A stretch of DNA of 64,000 nucleotides from an uncultured Methylomirabilota bacterium (GTDB lineage Bacteria > Methylomirabilota > Methylomirabilia > Methylomirabilales > 2-02-FULL-66-22), in the NCBI GenBank assembly GCA_963705305.1, contig OY970067.1, forward strand, positions 5,312,001 through 5,376,000, in the 5' to 3' direction. The notes under the pieces were generated by a model that saw only the letters and a program-made list of their open reading frames with translations, searched no databases and had not been told where the DNA came from. Every line of letters begins with the position of its first letter. Positions within the stretch are counted from its first letter, which is position 1. The translations under genes were made by a program, and so were the position numbers. Of this stretch, positions 29,516 to 38,973 are shown one piece after another.

Positions 29516-32063
29516 ATGAGTGACGGCGCCCGCGGCACACATCCCACATTCACTCTTTTGCCCTCGGACGTTCGAAGGATTCGATGCGCTCTGCGAGCTG
29601 GCCCTGGATCTGCGCTGGTCCTGGAGCCACCGCGCCGACGACGTGTGGCGGCAGCTCGACCCCGCCCTGTGGGACCTCACGCACAACCCCTGGGTTGTCC
29701 TCCAGACGGTCTCGCGCGAGCGGCTCCGGCGCGTGGCGGCGGCTCCCGAATTCCGCCGGATCCTCGATGACCTGGTGCAGGAGAGACGGCAGGCGGCGGA
29801 GGCGCCCGCCTGGTTCTCGCAGACCTACCCGGACGCGCCCCTGACCTCTGTCGCCTATTTCAGCATGGAGTTCATGCTGAGCGAGGCGCTGCCCATTTAT
29901 TCGGGCGGCCTGGGCAATGTGGCCGGGGATCAGCTCAAGGCGGCCAGCGATCTGGGCGTGCCCGTGGTCGGGGTGGGACTTCTCTACCAGCAGGGCTATT
30001 TTCGCCAGATGATCGACGGCGAGGGGGAGCAGCAGGCGCTCTTTCCGTACAACGATCCCGGCCAATTGCCGATCACCCCGGTGCGCCAGCCGACCGGGGA
30101 GTGGCTGCGGCTGGAGATCGCCCTCCCGGGGTATTCGGTGTGGCTTCGCGCCTGGCAGGTCCAGGTGGGGCGGGTGAAACTGTACCTGCTGGACACCAAT
30201 GACGCGGCCAACTTCCCCGCGCATCGCGGTATCACCAGCGAGCTGTACGGCGGCGGGCTGGAGCTGCGGCTCAAGCAGGAGCTCCTCCTGGGGATCGGTG
30301 GCTGGCGGCTGCTGGGGGCTCTCGGCATCCGGCCCGAAGTCTGCCACCTGAATGAGGGGCACGCGGCCTTCGCAATCCTGGAGCGGGCCCGCAGCTTCAA
30401 GGACGAGACGGGGCAGCCGTTCGGGGTCGCCCTGGCCGCCACCCGGGCGGGGAACCTCTTCACCACGCACACCCCGGTGGCCGCCGGCTTCGACCGGTTC
30501 CCGGCGGCCCTGATCGCCCAGTACCTCGGGCGGTACGCCGAGACGCGGCTGGGCATCCCGCTTCGCGACCTCCTGGCCCTGGGCCGCCGGAATCCGGAGG
30601 ACCCGTCGGAGGACTTCAACATGGCCTACCTGGCCATCCGCGGGAGCGGGGCGATCAACGGCGTGAGCCGCTTGCACGGCCGGGTGAGCCGGCGGATCTT
30701 CGCGGATCTGTTCCCGCGCTGGCCGGAGGCCGAAATCCCGGTCGGCCACGTGACGAACGGCGTCCACATGCCGAGCTGGGACTCGGCGGCGGCGGATGAC
30801 CTGTGGGCGGCGGCCTGCGGGCAGGATCGCTGGCTGGGAGCGACGGAGTGCCTGGAGGCGGATATTCGCCGCCTCTCCGACGCCCGCCTCTGGCAGCTCC
30901 GCACCGAGGCCCGCCGGGCGCTCATCGGGTATGCCCGCGACCGGCTGGCCAGGCAGCTGGCCGCCTCCGGCGCACCGGTCGAGGCGGTCGAGGCGGCCGG
31001 GCGTCTGCTCGATCCCGACGCCCTCACGCTAGGCTTCGCACGCCGTTTCGCCACCTACAAGCGGCCGAACCTGCTGCTGCACGACCCGGAGCGGCTGGTG
31101 CGCCTGTTGAACAATCCCCGGCGCCCGGTGCAGCTCCTCATCGCGGGCAAGGCCCACCCGGCGGACCGGCCGGGGCAGGCCCTCATCCGGGAGTGGATCC
31201 AGTTCATCCGCCGGCCGGAGGTGCGGCCGCACGCCCTCTTCCTGAGCGACTACGACATGCTCGTGGCGGAGCAGTTGGTGCAGGGAGTGGATCTCTGGAT
31301 CAACACGCCCCGGCGGCCCTGGGAGGCCAGCGGCACGAGCGGCATGAAGGTGCTCGTGAACGGCGGCCTCAACCTGTCGGAGCTGGACGGCTGGTGGGTG
31401 GAAGCCTACGCGCCGGAGGTGGGGTGGGCGCTGGGCGACGGCCGGGAGCACGGCGACGATCCGGCCTGGGATGCCGCCGAGGCCGATGAGCTGTACGGCC
31501 GGCTCGAACGGGAGGTGATTCCCGCCTTCTACACCCGTGACGAGCGCGGCATTCCCACCGCCTGGGTCGCGCGAATCCGGGAGAGCATGGCCCGGCTGAC
31601 CCCGCGCTTTTCCTCCAACCGGACGGTGCGCGAGTACACCGAACGCCACTACCTTCCCGCTGCCGCGGCCTACCGGGCGCGCGCCGCGGAGAAAGGAGAG
31701 GCCGCCAGGCAGGTGGTTCAATGGCAGCAGGCGCTGCAAGCGCAATGGGCCGCCCTCCGCTTCGGCGACGTGACGGTGGAGACCGCCGGCGGGCAGCACG
31801 TATTTGCGGCGCAGGTTCATCTCGGCGACCTCGATCCGAAGGCCGTGCGGGTCGAGCTGTATGCCGAGGGAGAAGGTGACGGCGATCCGTTCCGGCAGGA
31901 GATGTCGCGCGCCGGGCGACTCCCCGGGGCTGCAGGCGGGTTTCTGTATCGCGCATCGGCGCCGGCGACCCGCCCGGCGACGGACTACACCCCGCGCATG
32001 ATCCCCAGCTGCGCCGGCGTGGCGGTTCCCCTGGAGGCTGCGGCCATCCTATGGCAGCGCTGA
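29516..32063 (+). CDS. glgP: Alpha-glucan (glycogen/starch) phosphorylase; apparent +1 frameshift near 29571
   Basis: VAYFSMEF, YSGGLG, CHLNEGH, FTTHTP, FARRFATYKR, EASGTSGMK (PLP Lys). The RBS-associated ATG 29516 is out of frame with the body. Confidence 0.92.
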
Positions 32064-32155
32064 CGCGGCCGCCGTCTGCCAGGCTCTCGACGCAGCGCGA
32101 GAACCGGGGCATCTCACGGCGAAGTCCGCCACGACGACCCGCAGCTCCCTCAACC

Positions 32156-32503
32156 CTAACTCGGCGGAATCCGCTCGAACATGTGGGCCAGCTCGCGGCG
32201 GAGCTGCCGGAGTAATCCGGGAGGCGGCGGGGAGCAGCCGTACGGAAACACGCGAACGGTGAACCCACACGTGCGGCACCGCGCATAGGTGTAGGTCCCG
32301 GGGACCGCCGCCGGTGGCCGGTCGAGTTCCTCCATGCTGGTGAGACAGCACCGGCTGGGCCGGGGCGGCGAGATGATGTAGGCGGGATAGCCATTCGCCG
32401 GCGGCTTATGATCCGTGTACTCCACAACCGTGGACGGCGCGATCCGCGGGCGCCGGCCTCTCGGCTGCCTGCGCCGCGGATTCGAGCGGCGGTTCTGATG
32501 CAT
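32156..32503 (-). CDS. Small hypothetical protein, possible Zn ribbon
   Basis: RBS AAGGGG; CC...CRTCGF motif; basic N-terminus. Confidence 0.55.
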   Translation of the reverse strand: MHQNRRSNPRRRQPRGRRPRIAPSTVVEYTDHKPPANGYPAYIISPPRPSRCCLTSMEELDRPPAAVPGTYTYARCRTCGFTVRVFPYGCSPPPPGLLRQLRRELAHMFERIPPS

Positions 32504-32513
32504 GCGATCCCCC

Positions 32514-32828
32514 TTACTCTAGACCCAGCTCCGCTTCGAGGGGCCACCGGGCCTGTGGCACAACCTGATCTGTCACCTGCGGCGGCCTAGCGGTTCCGGC
32601 CGGCCTTCCGGGAGGCTGCTCGAACCACGGGCAGGCTGGGAAGCGTTCAGTCGTACAGTAGGTTCGATACTCACCCACCGTGGGGAGCATCAGCAGGCGG
32701 GGGGCACGGCATATGTGGAGGATGCGGTCCGAGCCCGGCACCGGGCTCGCATGGAGGAACGGGCACCGCGCGCGCCCGTCCTGCGGAGCTTCCCGTCTCA
32801 TACGCTCCAGGGCTTGCACGTTAGACAT
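32514..32828 (-). CDS. Small Cys-containing hypothetical protein
   Basis: CPFL...IC...YC...ACPWF (4 Cys); 10 bp from the next ORF; purine-rich RBS. Confidence 0.55.
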   Translation of the reverse strand: MSNVQALERMRREAPQDGRARCPFLHASPVPGSDRILHICRAPRLLMLPTVGEYRTYCTTERFPACPWFEQPPGRPAGTARPPQVTDQVVPQARWPLEAELGLE

Positions 32829-32968
32829 CGACTTGAATCCTTTCCCCCTTCCCTCCGCCGAGAGACACCTTCCGGGGCGGGTGGGAGCGCGTCACAGCGC
32901 GACCTGGAAAGGCCGTCTCACTTGCCTGGCCACGCAGCCCGCCAGTGAGGCATACCTGGCGGGACTCG

Positions 32969-33361
32969 TCAGCAGTACAACTGAGGGGGATCGTTCGTGG
33001 GCGAAAGCGTGGACCGTGACGTCCGGGCTACATGGCTGCGCGGAAGGACCGCGCAAGGCCGAATGTCATGGGGGGCCGGCGCGAGGCAGATCACACGAAA
33101 GGCTGGGATGATAGCAGGCGTGAGGGCTTCCGAGTCTGCTGGATGCCAGGGGGAGCCCGGAATCTGTAGGCTGTGCCGGGCGTCGGCATCCGCCTCGCTC
33201 GCAGCCCACTGCTGGGCTATGGGGTTTCCCAGGATGCGATTGCGCAGGTCCGAGCCATCGACGTTGAGAACATTGAAGAGGATATAGGCGGCGACCAGCG
33301 CCAGGCCGGCAAATACCAACCCCCACCAGCCCCAGGACCGTCTCCCCATCCGCCTCGACAT
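32969..33361 (-). CDS. Hypothetical membrane-anchored protein
   Basis: One TM segment (WWGLVFAGLALVAAYILFNVLNVDGS); co-oriented with the two small Cys ORFs. Confidence 0.45.
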   Translation of the reverse strand: MSRRMGRRSWGWWGLVFAGLALVAAYILFNVLNVDGSDLRNRILGNPIAQQWAASEADADARHSLQIPGSPWHPADSEALTPAIIPAFRVICLAPAPHDIRPCAVLPRSHVARTSRSTLSPTNDPPQLYC

Positions 33362-33812
33362 CCCCGCATCCCTTCGATCGATGCTCCCTGCATCAAGGCA
33401 ATTTAGGCACAGCGCGAAATCTGCCACGGGCCCCTTCCGGGTCTGATCCGGCTGCTGAGCTCGGACCGGAGGAGCCGCACCCCTCCGGGCGTCGGGTGCG
33501 CCTCCTGCGGGGCCCCTCTTTCTTACCAGTACGCGCGCAGGCCCCCTGCCGTTTCGCGGCGGCGCCCGGGATTTGCCCCTGGGAACATAAAGAGCGCGCA
33601 AACCTGAGCGCGCCAGCGGCGGACGATCGCGGAGGGCGCCGAGGCACCGGGCGGATACGGGCGTCCCGCGCCGGTGGGCGGGGGAACGCGGTTATCCAGA
33701 TGCCATGTCCCTTGAATCCCCGGAGTTGCCAACCTCTCGCGCCGCGAGGCGACCAAGCGGCCCGGGACGCCCGGCAGGATGTTCGCTCTCTTATCAATGC
33801 AGCCGATCCCCC

Positions 33813-34805
33813 TCACGGTGCCGCGGACAGGAATCGGTTGGTGAAGACCTCGGCCGCCGGGACGAGTCGCTTGGTGAGGCCGGCTTCGAACATCCAGCGG
33901 GTGAGGCCTTCCCACGCGGAGGGCCGGTTGAAGCCGAAACGGTGAACCCCGGCGGTCAGGAGCGGCATCTCCAGCCGCAGGCTCTCGAGCTGGAGGCTGC
34001 GATCGAGGGTGGGATGCCCTCCCACCAGGATGTCGATGGCCGCGGCCGGATTTTTCAGGGTCCACTCGGCCCCCTCCGTTGCGGCAACCAGGAACCGCCG
34101 GAGCAATTCCGGGTTCTCCCGGATGACCTGCTCCGAGCTGATGATGACAAGCTCCGGGTGATCCGGGATGCCGATGTCCTCCAGGTGCCAGGCGTGCACG
34201 GGGTGCCCCTCCCGCTCCAGGATCAATTTCTCGTAGACCCAGTAACCGCCGATGAGGGCGTCAACCCGGCCCTGCGCCAGGGAGTCCACGAGGTCGTACC
34301 CAACGTTCACCAGCTGCACCGAGGCGGGGTCCACGCCGTAGCGCTTGAAGATGGTCCGGAGGTAGGCCAGGGCGCTGGCCGTGCCGTTGTACCCCACGCG
34401 CTTGCCGGCCAGCTTCTCCAGGGTATCGATGCCCGATGTCCGGAGTGTCATCACAGAGTCCAGGGGGTGCTGGACCACTGAGGCGATGGCCACCACCGGC
34501 CGCCCCTGATCACGAGCGAGGACGACATCGGTGGAGTAGCTGATGGCCAGCGGATATCTCCCTGCCGCGACGAGGTCGATGGGATCTTCCGGGTGTTTCG
34601 GCACATCCAAGTTGACCGCAAGTCCTTGCCTGGCGAAATACCCCTGCGCCTGGGCCACGAACAGATAGGCCTGCGAATGGTTGGGGGTCCAGTCCAGCAT
34701 GAATGGCACGACTTCGGCGCCGAGGGCCGGGGCCGGGCCGACCCCGACGGCCAGGACTGCGAGGACCCACAGGAACCACTTCCTCTCGGCTGAAAGACTC
34801 CTCAT
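33813..34805 (-). CDS. ABC transporter substrate-binding protein, NMT1/THI5 (ThiY-like) family
   Basis: Signal peptide; LDWTPN...LFVAQAQGYFARQGL, LAGKRVG, GRVDA, FTNRFL. Confidence 0.85.
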   Translation of the reverse strand: MRSLSAERKWFLWVLAVLAVGVGPAPALGAEVVPFMLDWTPNHSQAYLFVAQAQGYFARQGLAVNLDVPKHPEDPIDLVAAGRYPLAISYSTDVVLARDQGRPVVAIASVVQHPLDSVMTLRTSGIDTLEKLAGKRVGYNGTASALAYLRTIFKRYGVDPASVQLVNVGYDLVDSLAQGRVDALIGGYWVYEKLILEREGHPVHAWHLEDIGIPDHPELVIISSEQVIRENPELLRRFLVAATEGAEWTLKNPAAAIDILVGGHPTLDRSLQLESLRLEMPLLTAGVHRFGFNRPSAWEGLTRWMFEAGLTKRLVPAAEVFTNRFLSAAP

Positions 34806-34993
34806 GGCATGCCTCTCTTCTCCGCCGGTGAAGCGAATATGCGCCCCCGCACGGCCGCGCGAGGAGCGGACTCCGGGCCGCGCCGCATTTTGCCTGGAGC
34901 GGAATGCTACCAGAATAGGATGAGGAGTGCCAGTCTCCGCGCCGGCGCGGAATCCTGGGGGATCCGACCGGCGGGATACGACGGCCTGATGGT

Positions 34994-35446
34994 CTATTCG
35001 GTCCGGTCTGTCTCGGCGAGCTCCAATCCAATTTCTGCCGGGTCCCGCTGCTCGATTTCCACGAGCCGCCTTAAAACCCTCGAGGTGGCCTCTTCCACGA
35101 CGGCCTCCGGAGCAGCCCGCCTTAGCTCAGCCAGCTTCGCCCAGATATCGTCCTCATCCCGGGGCTCCAGGAGTCGGATGCGCGACGTCCAGTCTGGAGC
35201 CACCGTAATTTCGTACGGAAGACCCCCCTGCGCGGCTTCTACTCGCAGGGAGTCCAACTCGAATTGAAAGACGATGGAAGTTCGGTCTTCGACCCACCTG
35301 TACGGATGATCTTCTGGTCCGATCCACCCGGCGACGTGGGCCCAGGCTTGCTCCTCATTCATCCCGGCATCGAGGATCTTAATTGAGATCGTTTGTTCAC
35401 TCCCGCCTACCGGGACGGTCGACTTATTCCTCTTTCCCGCTGCCAT
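34994..35446 (-). CDS. Hypothetical acidic protein
   Basis: 150 aa ORF with a strong GAGGAGG RBS; no recognisable motif. Confidence 0.55.
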   Translation of the reverse strand: MAAGKRNKSTVPVGGSEQTISIKILDAGMNEEQAWAHVAGWIGPEDHPYRWVEDRTSIVFQFELDSLRVEAAQGGLPYEITVAPDWTSRIRLLEPRDEDDIWAKLAELRRAAPEAVVEEATSRVLRRLVEIEQRDPAEIGLELAETDRTE

Positions 35447-35668
35447 CGAGCCCTCCTCTCCCTCCTGCCGGCTTCGGCCTCCCCCGCTCGCTCTGTCAAG
35501 GCTTCGCCTCTCCAGGAAGCTCCCGGTCCCGAGCGGCCCGAAACCACGCTCCTGCCTTCGAGCTGCCTCACCGGCCCCCCTTGGCGAAGAACGCTGGTCA
35601 TGGGGCCATAGGAAATCTCCAGCATCGTCAGACGGTTTCGCTGCAGCCTGCGCTTCCCAGCGCTGGAT

Positions 35669-35701
35669 TGGTTGCGGGAGCTGGATTCGAACTAGCGATC
35701 T
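35669..35701 (-). other. Degenerate tRNA 3'-end fragment (tRNA-fMet-like), possible att scar
   Basis: Minus strand AGATCGCTAGTTCGAATCCAGCTCCCGCAACCA: T-arm with one mismatch, acceptor 3' strand CCCGCAA, and CCA. No 5' half is present. Confidence 0.6.
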
Positions 35702-35743
35702 TTTGTCGACGTTCCCTTCGCAAGGCGCCTGCCGCTGACGGGT

Positions 35744-36892
35744 TCATGAACTACGCCGGCGCACCTCGCAGTCGGCCGGGAACGAGCTGACCGCCGAGGC
35801 GACGTAGCGCATCTCTTCTTCCGTCAGCTCTGGGTAGAGCGGCAGCGACAGCACCTCTTGGCAGGCCCGCTCCGCCTGCGGGAAGTCTCCCGCCGTGTAG
35901 CCCAGGTGGCGGTAGGCCTTCTGGAAATGAACGGGCATGGGGTAATGGATGCTGGTCCCGATCCCACTGTCCTGAAGGTGCTTCTGGAGGGCGTCACGCC
36001 GGGCCGACCGGACCACGTACAGGTGGTAGCTGTGCCGGGCGGGCGGTCTCTCCGCGGGCGGCGCCACCGGCGCCTGGGCCAAAATCTCATCATAGAGCCG
36101 GGCCTGTTGGCGGCGAGTGGCAACCCACTCCTCCAGATGCTTCAGCTTGGCTCGCAAGATGGCCGCGTGGATTTCATCCAGGCGGCTGTTGAACCCCTCG
36201 ATGCAATTCTGATACTTCGCCTCCTCCCCGTAGTTACGGAGCATGCGCACCCGCTCGGCCACCTCGCCATCGTCCGTCACCACCATGCCGGCGTCCCCGT
36301 AAGCACCGAGGTTTTTGGTGGGGTAAAAGCTGAAGCATCCTGCGTCACCCAGGCAGCCGGCTTTCCGGCCGGCGTACTCGGCGCCGTGGGCCTGGGCGGC
36401 ATCCTCGATCACCTTCAGGCCGTACTCCCGCGACACCTCGAGGATGGGGCGCATGTCGGCTGGAAGGCCGTACAGGTGGACGGCGATGACCGCCCTGGTG
36501 CGAAACGGCGGTCGCTGTGCTTTCAGGTAGGCCCGGAGCTTCTCGGGGTCCAGCGTGAACGTGTCGGGATCGATGTCGACGAAGACGGGCCGGGCGTTGG
36601 CGGCGACGATAGCACAGACCGTGGGAACCGCCGTGTTGGGGGCGGTGATGACCGCGTCCCCCGCCCGGACCCCACAGGCGCGCAGCGCCAGGTGCAGCGC
36701 GTCGGTCCCCGAGGCCACTCCCACACCCTCGCGGACCCCGCAGGATGCGGCGAACTCCCGCTCGAATCCGGCCACCTCGTCGCCCAGGACGTACCAGCCG
36801 CTGGCCAGCGTCCGCGCGACCGCGAGGTGGATCTCGTCGCGAATCTGGCGATATTGCCGGGTGAGGTCCAGAAAAGGTACCTGCATCGCCAT
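35744..36892 (-). CDS. DegT/DnrJ/EryC1/StrS family nucleotide-sugar aminotransferase
   Basis: VPFLDL, SGTDAL, VHLYG, IEDAAQAHGA, FSFYPTKNLG (PLP Lys), NSRLDE. Confidence 0.95.
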   Translation of the reverse strand: MAMQVPFLDLTRQYRQIRDEIHLAVARTLASGWYVLGDEVAGFEREFAASCGVREGVGVASGTDALHLALRACGVRAGDAVITAPNTAVPTVCAIVAANARPVFVDIDPDTFTLDPEKLRAYLKAQRPPFRTRAVIAVHLYGLPADMRPILEVSREYGLKVIEDAAQAHGAEYAGRKAGCLGDAGCFSFYPTKNLGAYGDAGMVVTDDGEVAERVRMLRNYGEEAKYQNCIEGFNSRLDEIHAAILRAKLKHLEEWVATRRQQARLYDEILAQAPVAPPAERPPARHSYHLYVVRSARRDALQKHLQDSGIGTSIHYPMPVHFQKAYRHLGYTAGDFPQAERACQEVLSLPLYPELTEEEMRYVASAVSSFPADCEVRRRSS

Positions 36893-36928
36893 CGGGCGCG
36901 ATCCTTCGCGGAGCAAGAGGACCCCTGG

Positions 36929-37930
36929 TCACCAATAGTGCGCCTTGTGTCGCCGGTAATAGGCCACGGTCTGCCGGATGCCGTCCTCCAGGGAGGTCGT
37001 CGGCCGCCAGCCCACCACCCGGCCGATCTTCCGGATGTCGGAGCAGAAGTCGCCGGGCTCTTGGGCCGCGCGCTCCGGCGAGAACGGCGCGAACTCCCAG
37101 CGGCCGCTGCCAGCCACGCGGACCACTGTCTCCGCCAGCTCCCGAAAGTTGGAGGCGCGGTTGTTGCCCACATTGAAGACCTGTCCGTAGGCAGCCTCGG
37201 TCGCCGCGCAACGCAGCATGGCGTCCACCGCATCCTGCACGTAGATGAAGTCGCGCAGGAGCGAGCCGTCGCCAAACACCGGAATCGTTTGGCCGTCCAC
37301 GGCCAGCCGGATGAACCAGTTGGCCACCCCGAAACGGCTGTGCTTCATCTGGGCGCGCTCCCCATAAATGTTGGTCAGGCGGAGCGTCACCGACGGCACG
37401 CCGTGGTTGTCGTGGTAGATCTGGAAGAGCTGCTGGGCCGTGAGGCTGGAGAGCTCGTAGATCCCTCGCGGGTGCAGCGGCTGATCCTCCCCCACTGGCA
37501 GCATGGCTGCGGGCCCGTATTCTCCGCGAGTGCCGCTGTATACCAGCCGGGCCCCCGCGTTGGCACGCCGGCACGTCTCCAGCAGGATCGCCGAGCCTTT
37601 GATGTTGATATCGATGTCGGGGAAAGGGTTGGTCAGGCTGAGGACGTGGTCGTTCTGGCCCGCGAGGTGAAAGATATAATCCTTGCCGCGGACGAGGTGC
37701 TTCAAGCTGCCCTCGTCCCGCACGTCGCTGAAGTTGATCGTCACCCGGTCCTGGATAGGCGCGATGTTGAACAGGTTGCCGCCGTGGTCGTCGAGCATGG
37801 CGTCGAGCAGCGTCACCCGGGCGCCTAACTCCACGAGCCTGATGGCAAGGTTGCTGCCCAGGAAGCCCAAGCCACCTGTGATCAGGACCTGCTTGCCGCG
37901 GAAGCAATCGAGGCCGTTCAGCTCAGGCAT
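36929..37930 (-). CDS. NAD-dependent epimerase/dehydratase (extended SDR)
   Basis: ITGGLGFLGS, FHLAG, RLTNIYG, VFGDGSLLRDFIYV. Start overlaps the GT2 stop. Confidence 0.92.
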   Translation of the reverse strand: MPELNGLDCFRGKQVLITGGLGFLGSNLAIRLVELGARVTLLDAMLDDHGGNLFNIAPIQDRVTINFSDVRDEGSLKHLVRGKDYIFHLAGQNDHVLSLTNPFPDIDINIKGSAILLETCRRANAGARLVYSGTRGEYGPAAMLPVGEDQPLHPRGIYELSSLTAQQLFQIYHDNHGVPSVTLRLTNIYGERAQMKHSRFGVANWFIRLAVDGQTIPVFGDGSLLRDFIYVQDAVDAMLRCAATEAAYGQVFNVGNNRASNFRELAETVVRVAGSGRWEFAPFSPERAAQEPGDFCSDIRKIGRVVGWRPTTSLEDGIRQTVAYYRRHKAHYW

Positions 37931-38921
37931 GGCCCGCCTGCAACTCATCGGCCGGGGCCGCGACCGCGACCGTCACAGGAGCATCCGTGAAGGGATACGG
38001 GGGTGTCTCCACGACCTCTCGGACGACAAACTGCGGGGTCTGGTTTTCGGTCAGGTACAGCCGGCCGAGATATTCCCCCAGTAACCCCAGCATCACCAAT
38101 TGGACGCCCGAGAACAGCAAGATGGCGACCAGCACGGAGGCCCATCCGACGGGCACGTCCGGACGCGTGAGCCTCTCGATAACCACCTGCACGGCCAGCA
38201 GCAGGCCGAGCACGCTCCAGGCCAGGCCCAGCAGGGTGCTTATCCTAAGCGGCATGACCGAGAAGTTCACGAACATGTTGAGCCACAGCCGCAGCAGCTT
38301 GCGCGACGTGTAGTTGGACCGGCCCTCCCTCCGTGGCTGGTGCTGGACCTGGATCGTGCCGATGTTCCGGGTGCAGCGCAGGGCGATGCCGTCGATGTAG
38401 GGATACGGCCCGCGGTACTTGAGGATCTCGCCCACGATGAAGCGGCTGAGGCACTTGAAGCTCGACAGATAGAGATCCGAGGGCTTTCCCAGCAAAACGG
38501 TGGCCATGCGGTCGTTCAACCGGCTGCCCAGGTTCCGGGCCCAGTGGTGGTGCTTGCGGGGGGAACGGGTGTAGACGATGTCGTACCCGTGCGCGCAGGC
38601 GTGGTCGATCATGCGAGGCACTTCCTCCGGAGGGTTCTGGAAGTCGTCATCCATGATCACCACGTAGTCGCCGCGCGCCTGGTGGAGCCCCGCCATCACG
38701 GCGTTGTGCTCCCCGAAGTTCCTGGCGAGCCTCACGTAGGTGACCGTCCCCGCGTAGCCGGCGCTCAGGGCGCGGCATGCCGCGTCGCTCTCGTCGACGC
38801 TGCCGTCGTTGACGAGCACGATCTGCAGCCCGTCCCCCCGCAGAGCGGCGACGAGCCGCGCCACCAGCGGGCCGATGGTCCCGGCGCTGTTGTAGACCGG
38901 AATGACGATTGAGATCCGCAT
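37923..38921 (-). CDS. GT2 polyprenyl-phosphate glycosyltransferase (ArnC/GtrB-like)
   Basis: SIVIPVYN, VNDGSVD, RNFGEHNAVMAGL, MDDDFQNPPE, two C-terminal TM helices, LGEYLGR. Confidence 0.93.
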   Translation of the reverse strand: MRISIVIPVYNSAGTIGPLVARLVAALRGDGLQIVLVNDGSVDESDAACRALSAGYAGTVTYVRLARNFGEHNAVMAGLHQARGDYVVIMDDDFQNPPEEVPRMIDHACAHGYDIVYTRSPRKHHHWARNLGSRLNDRMATVLLGKPSDLYLSSFKCLSRFIVGEILKYRGPYPYIDGIALRCTRNIGTIQVQHQPRREGRSNYTSRKLLRLWLNMFVNFSVMPLRISTLLGLAWSVLGLLLAVQVVIERLTRPDVPVGWASVLVAILLFSGVQLVMLGLLGEYLGRLYLTENQTPQFVVREVVETPPYPFTDAPVTVAVAAPADELQAGHA

Positions 38922-38973
38922 GCTCGAACCTCTTCTGCGGTCCTCCCGGCAGGGGGTGCCGCTGTCCCGCCGG

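Noticed and set aside
35733..35750. GAACCCGTCAGC on the minus strand, similar to part of the c-di-AMP (ydaO) riboswitch
   Set aside because: The other conserved ydaO elements are absent and it overlaps a gene's stop codon.
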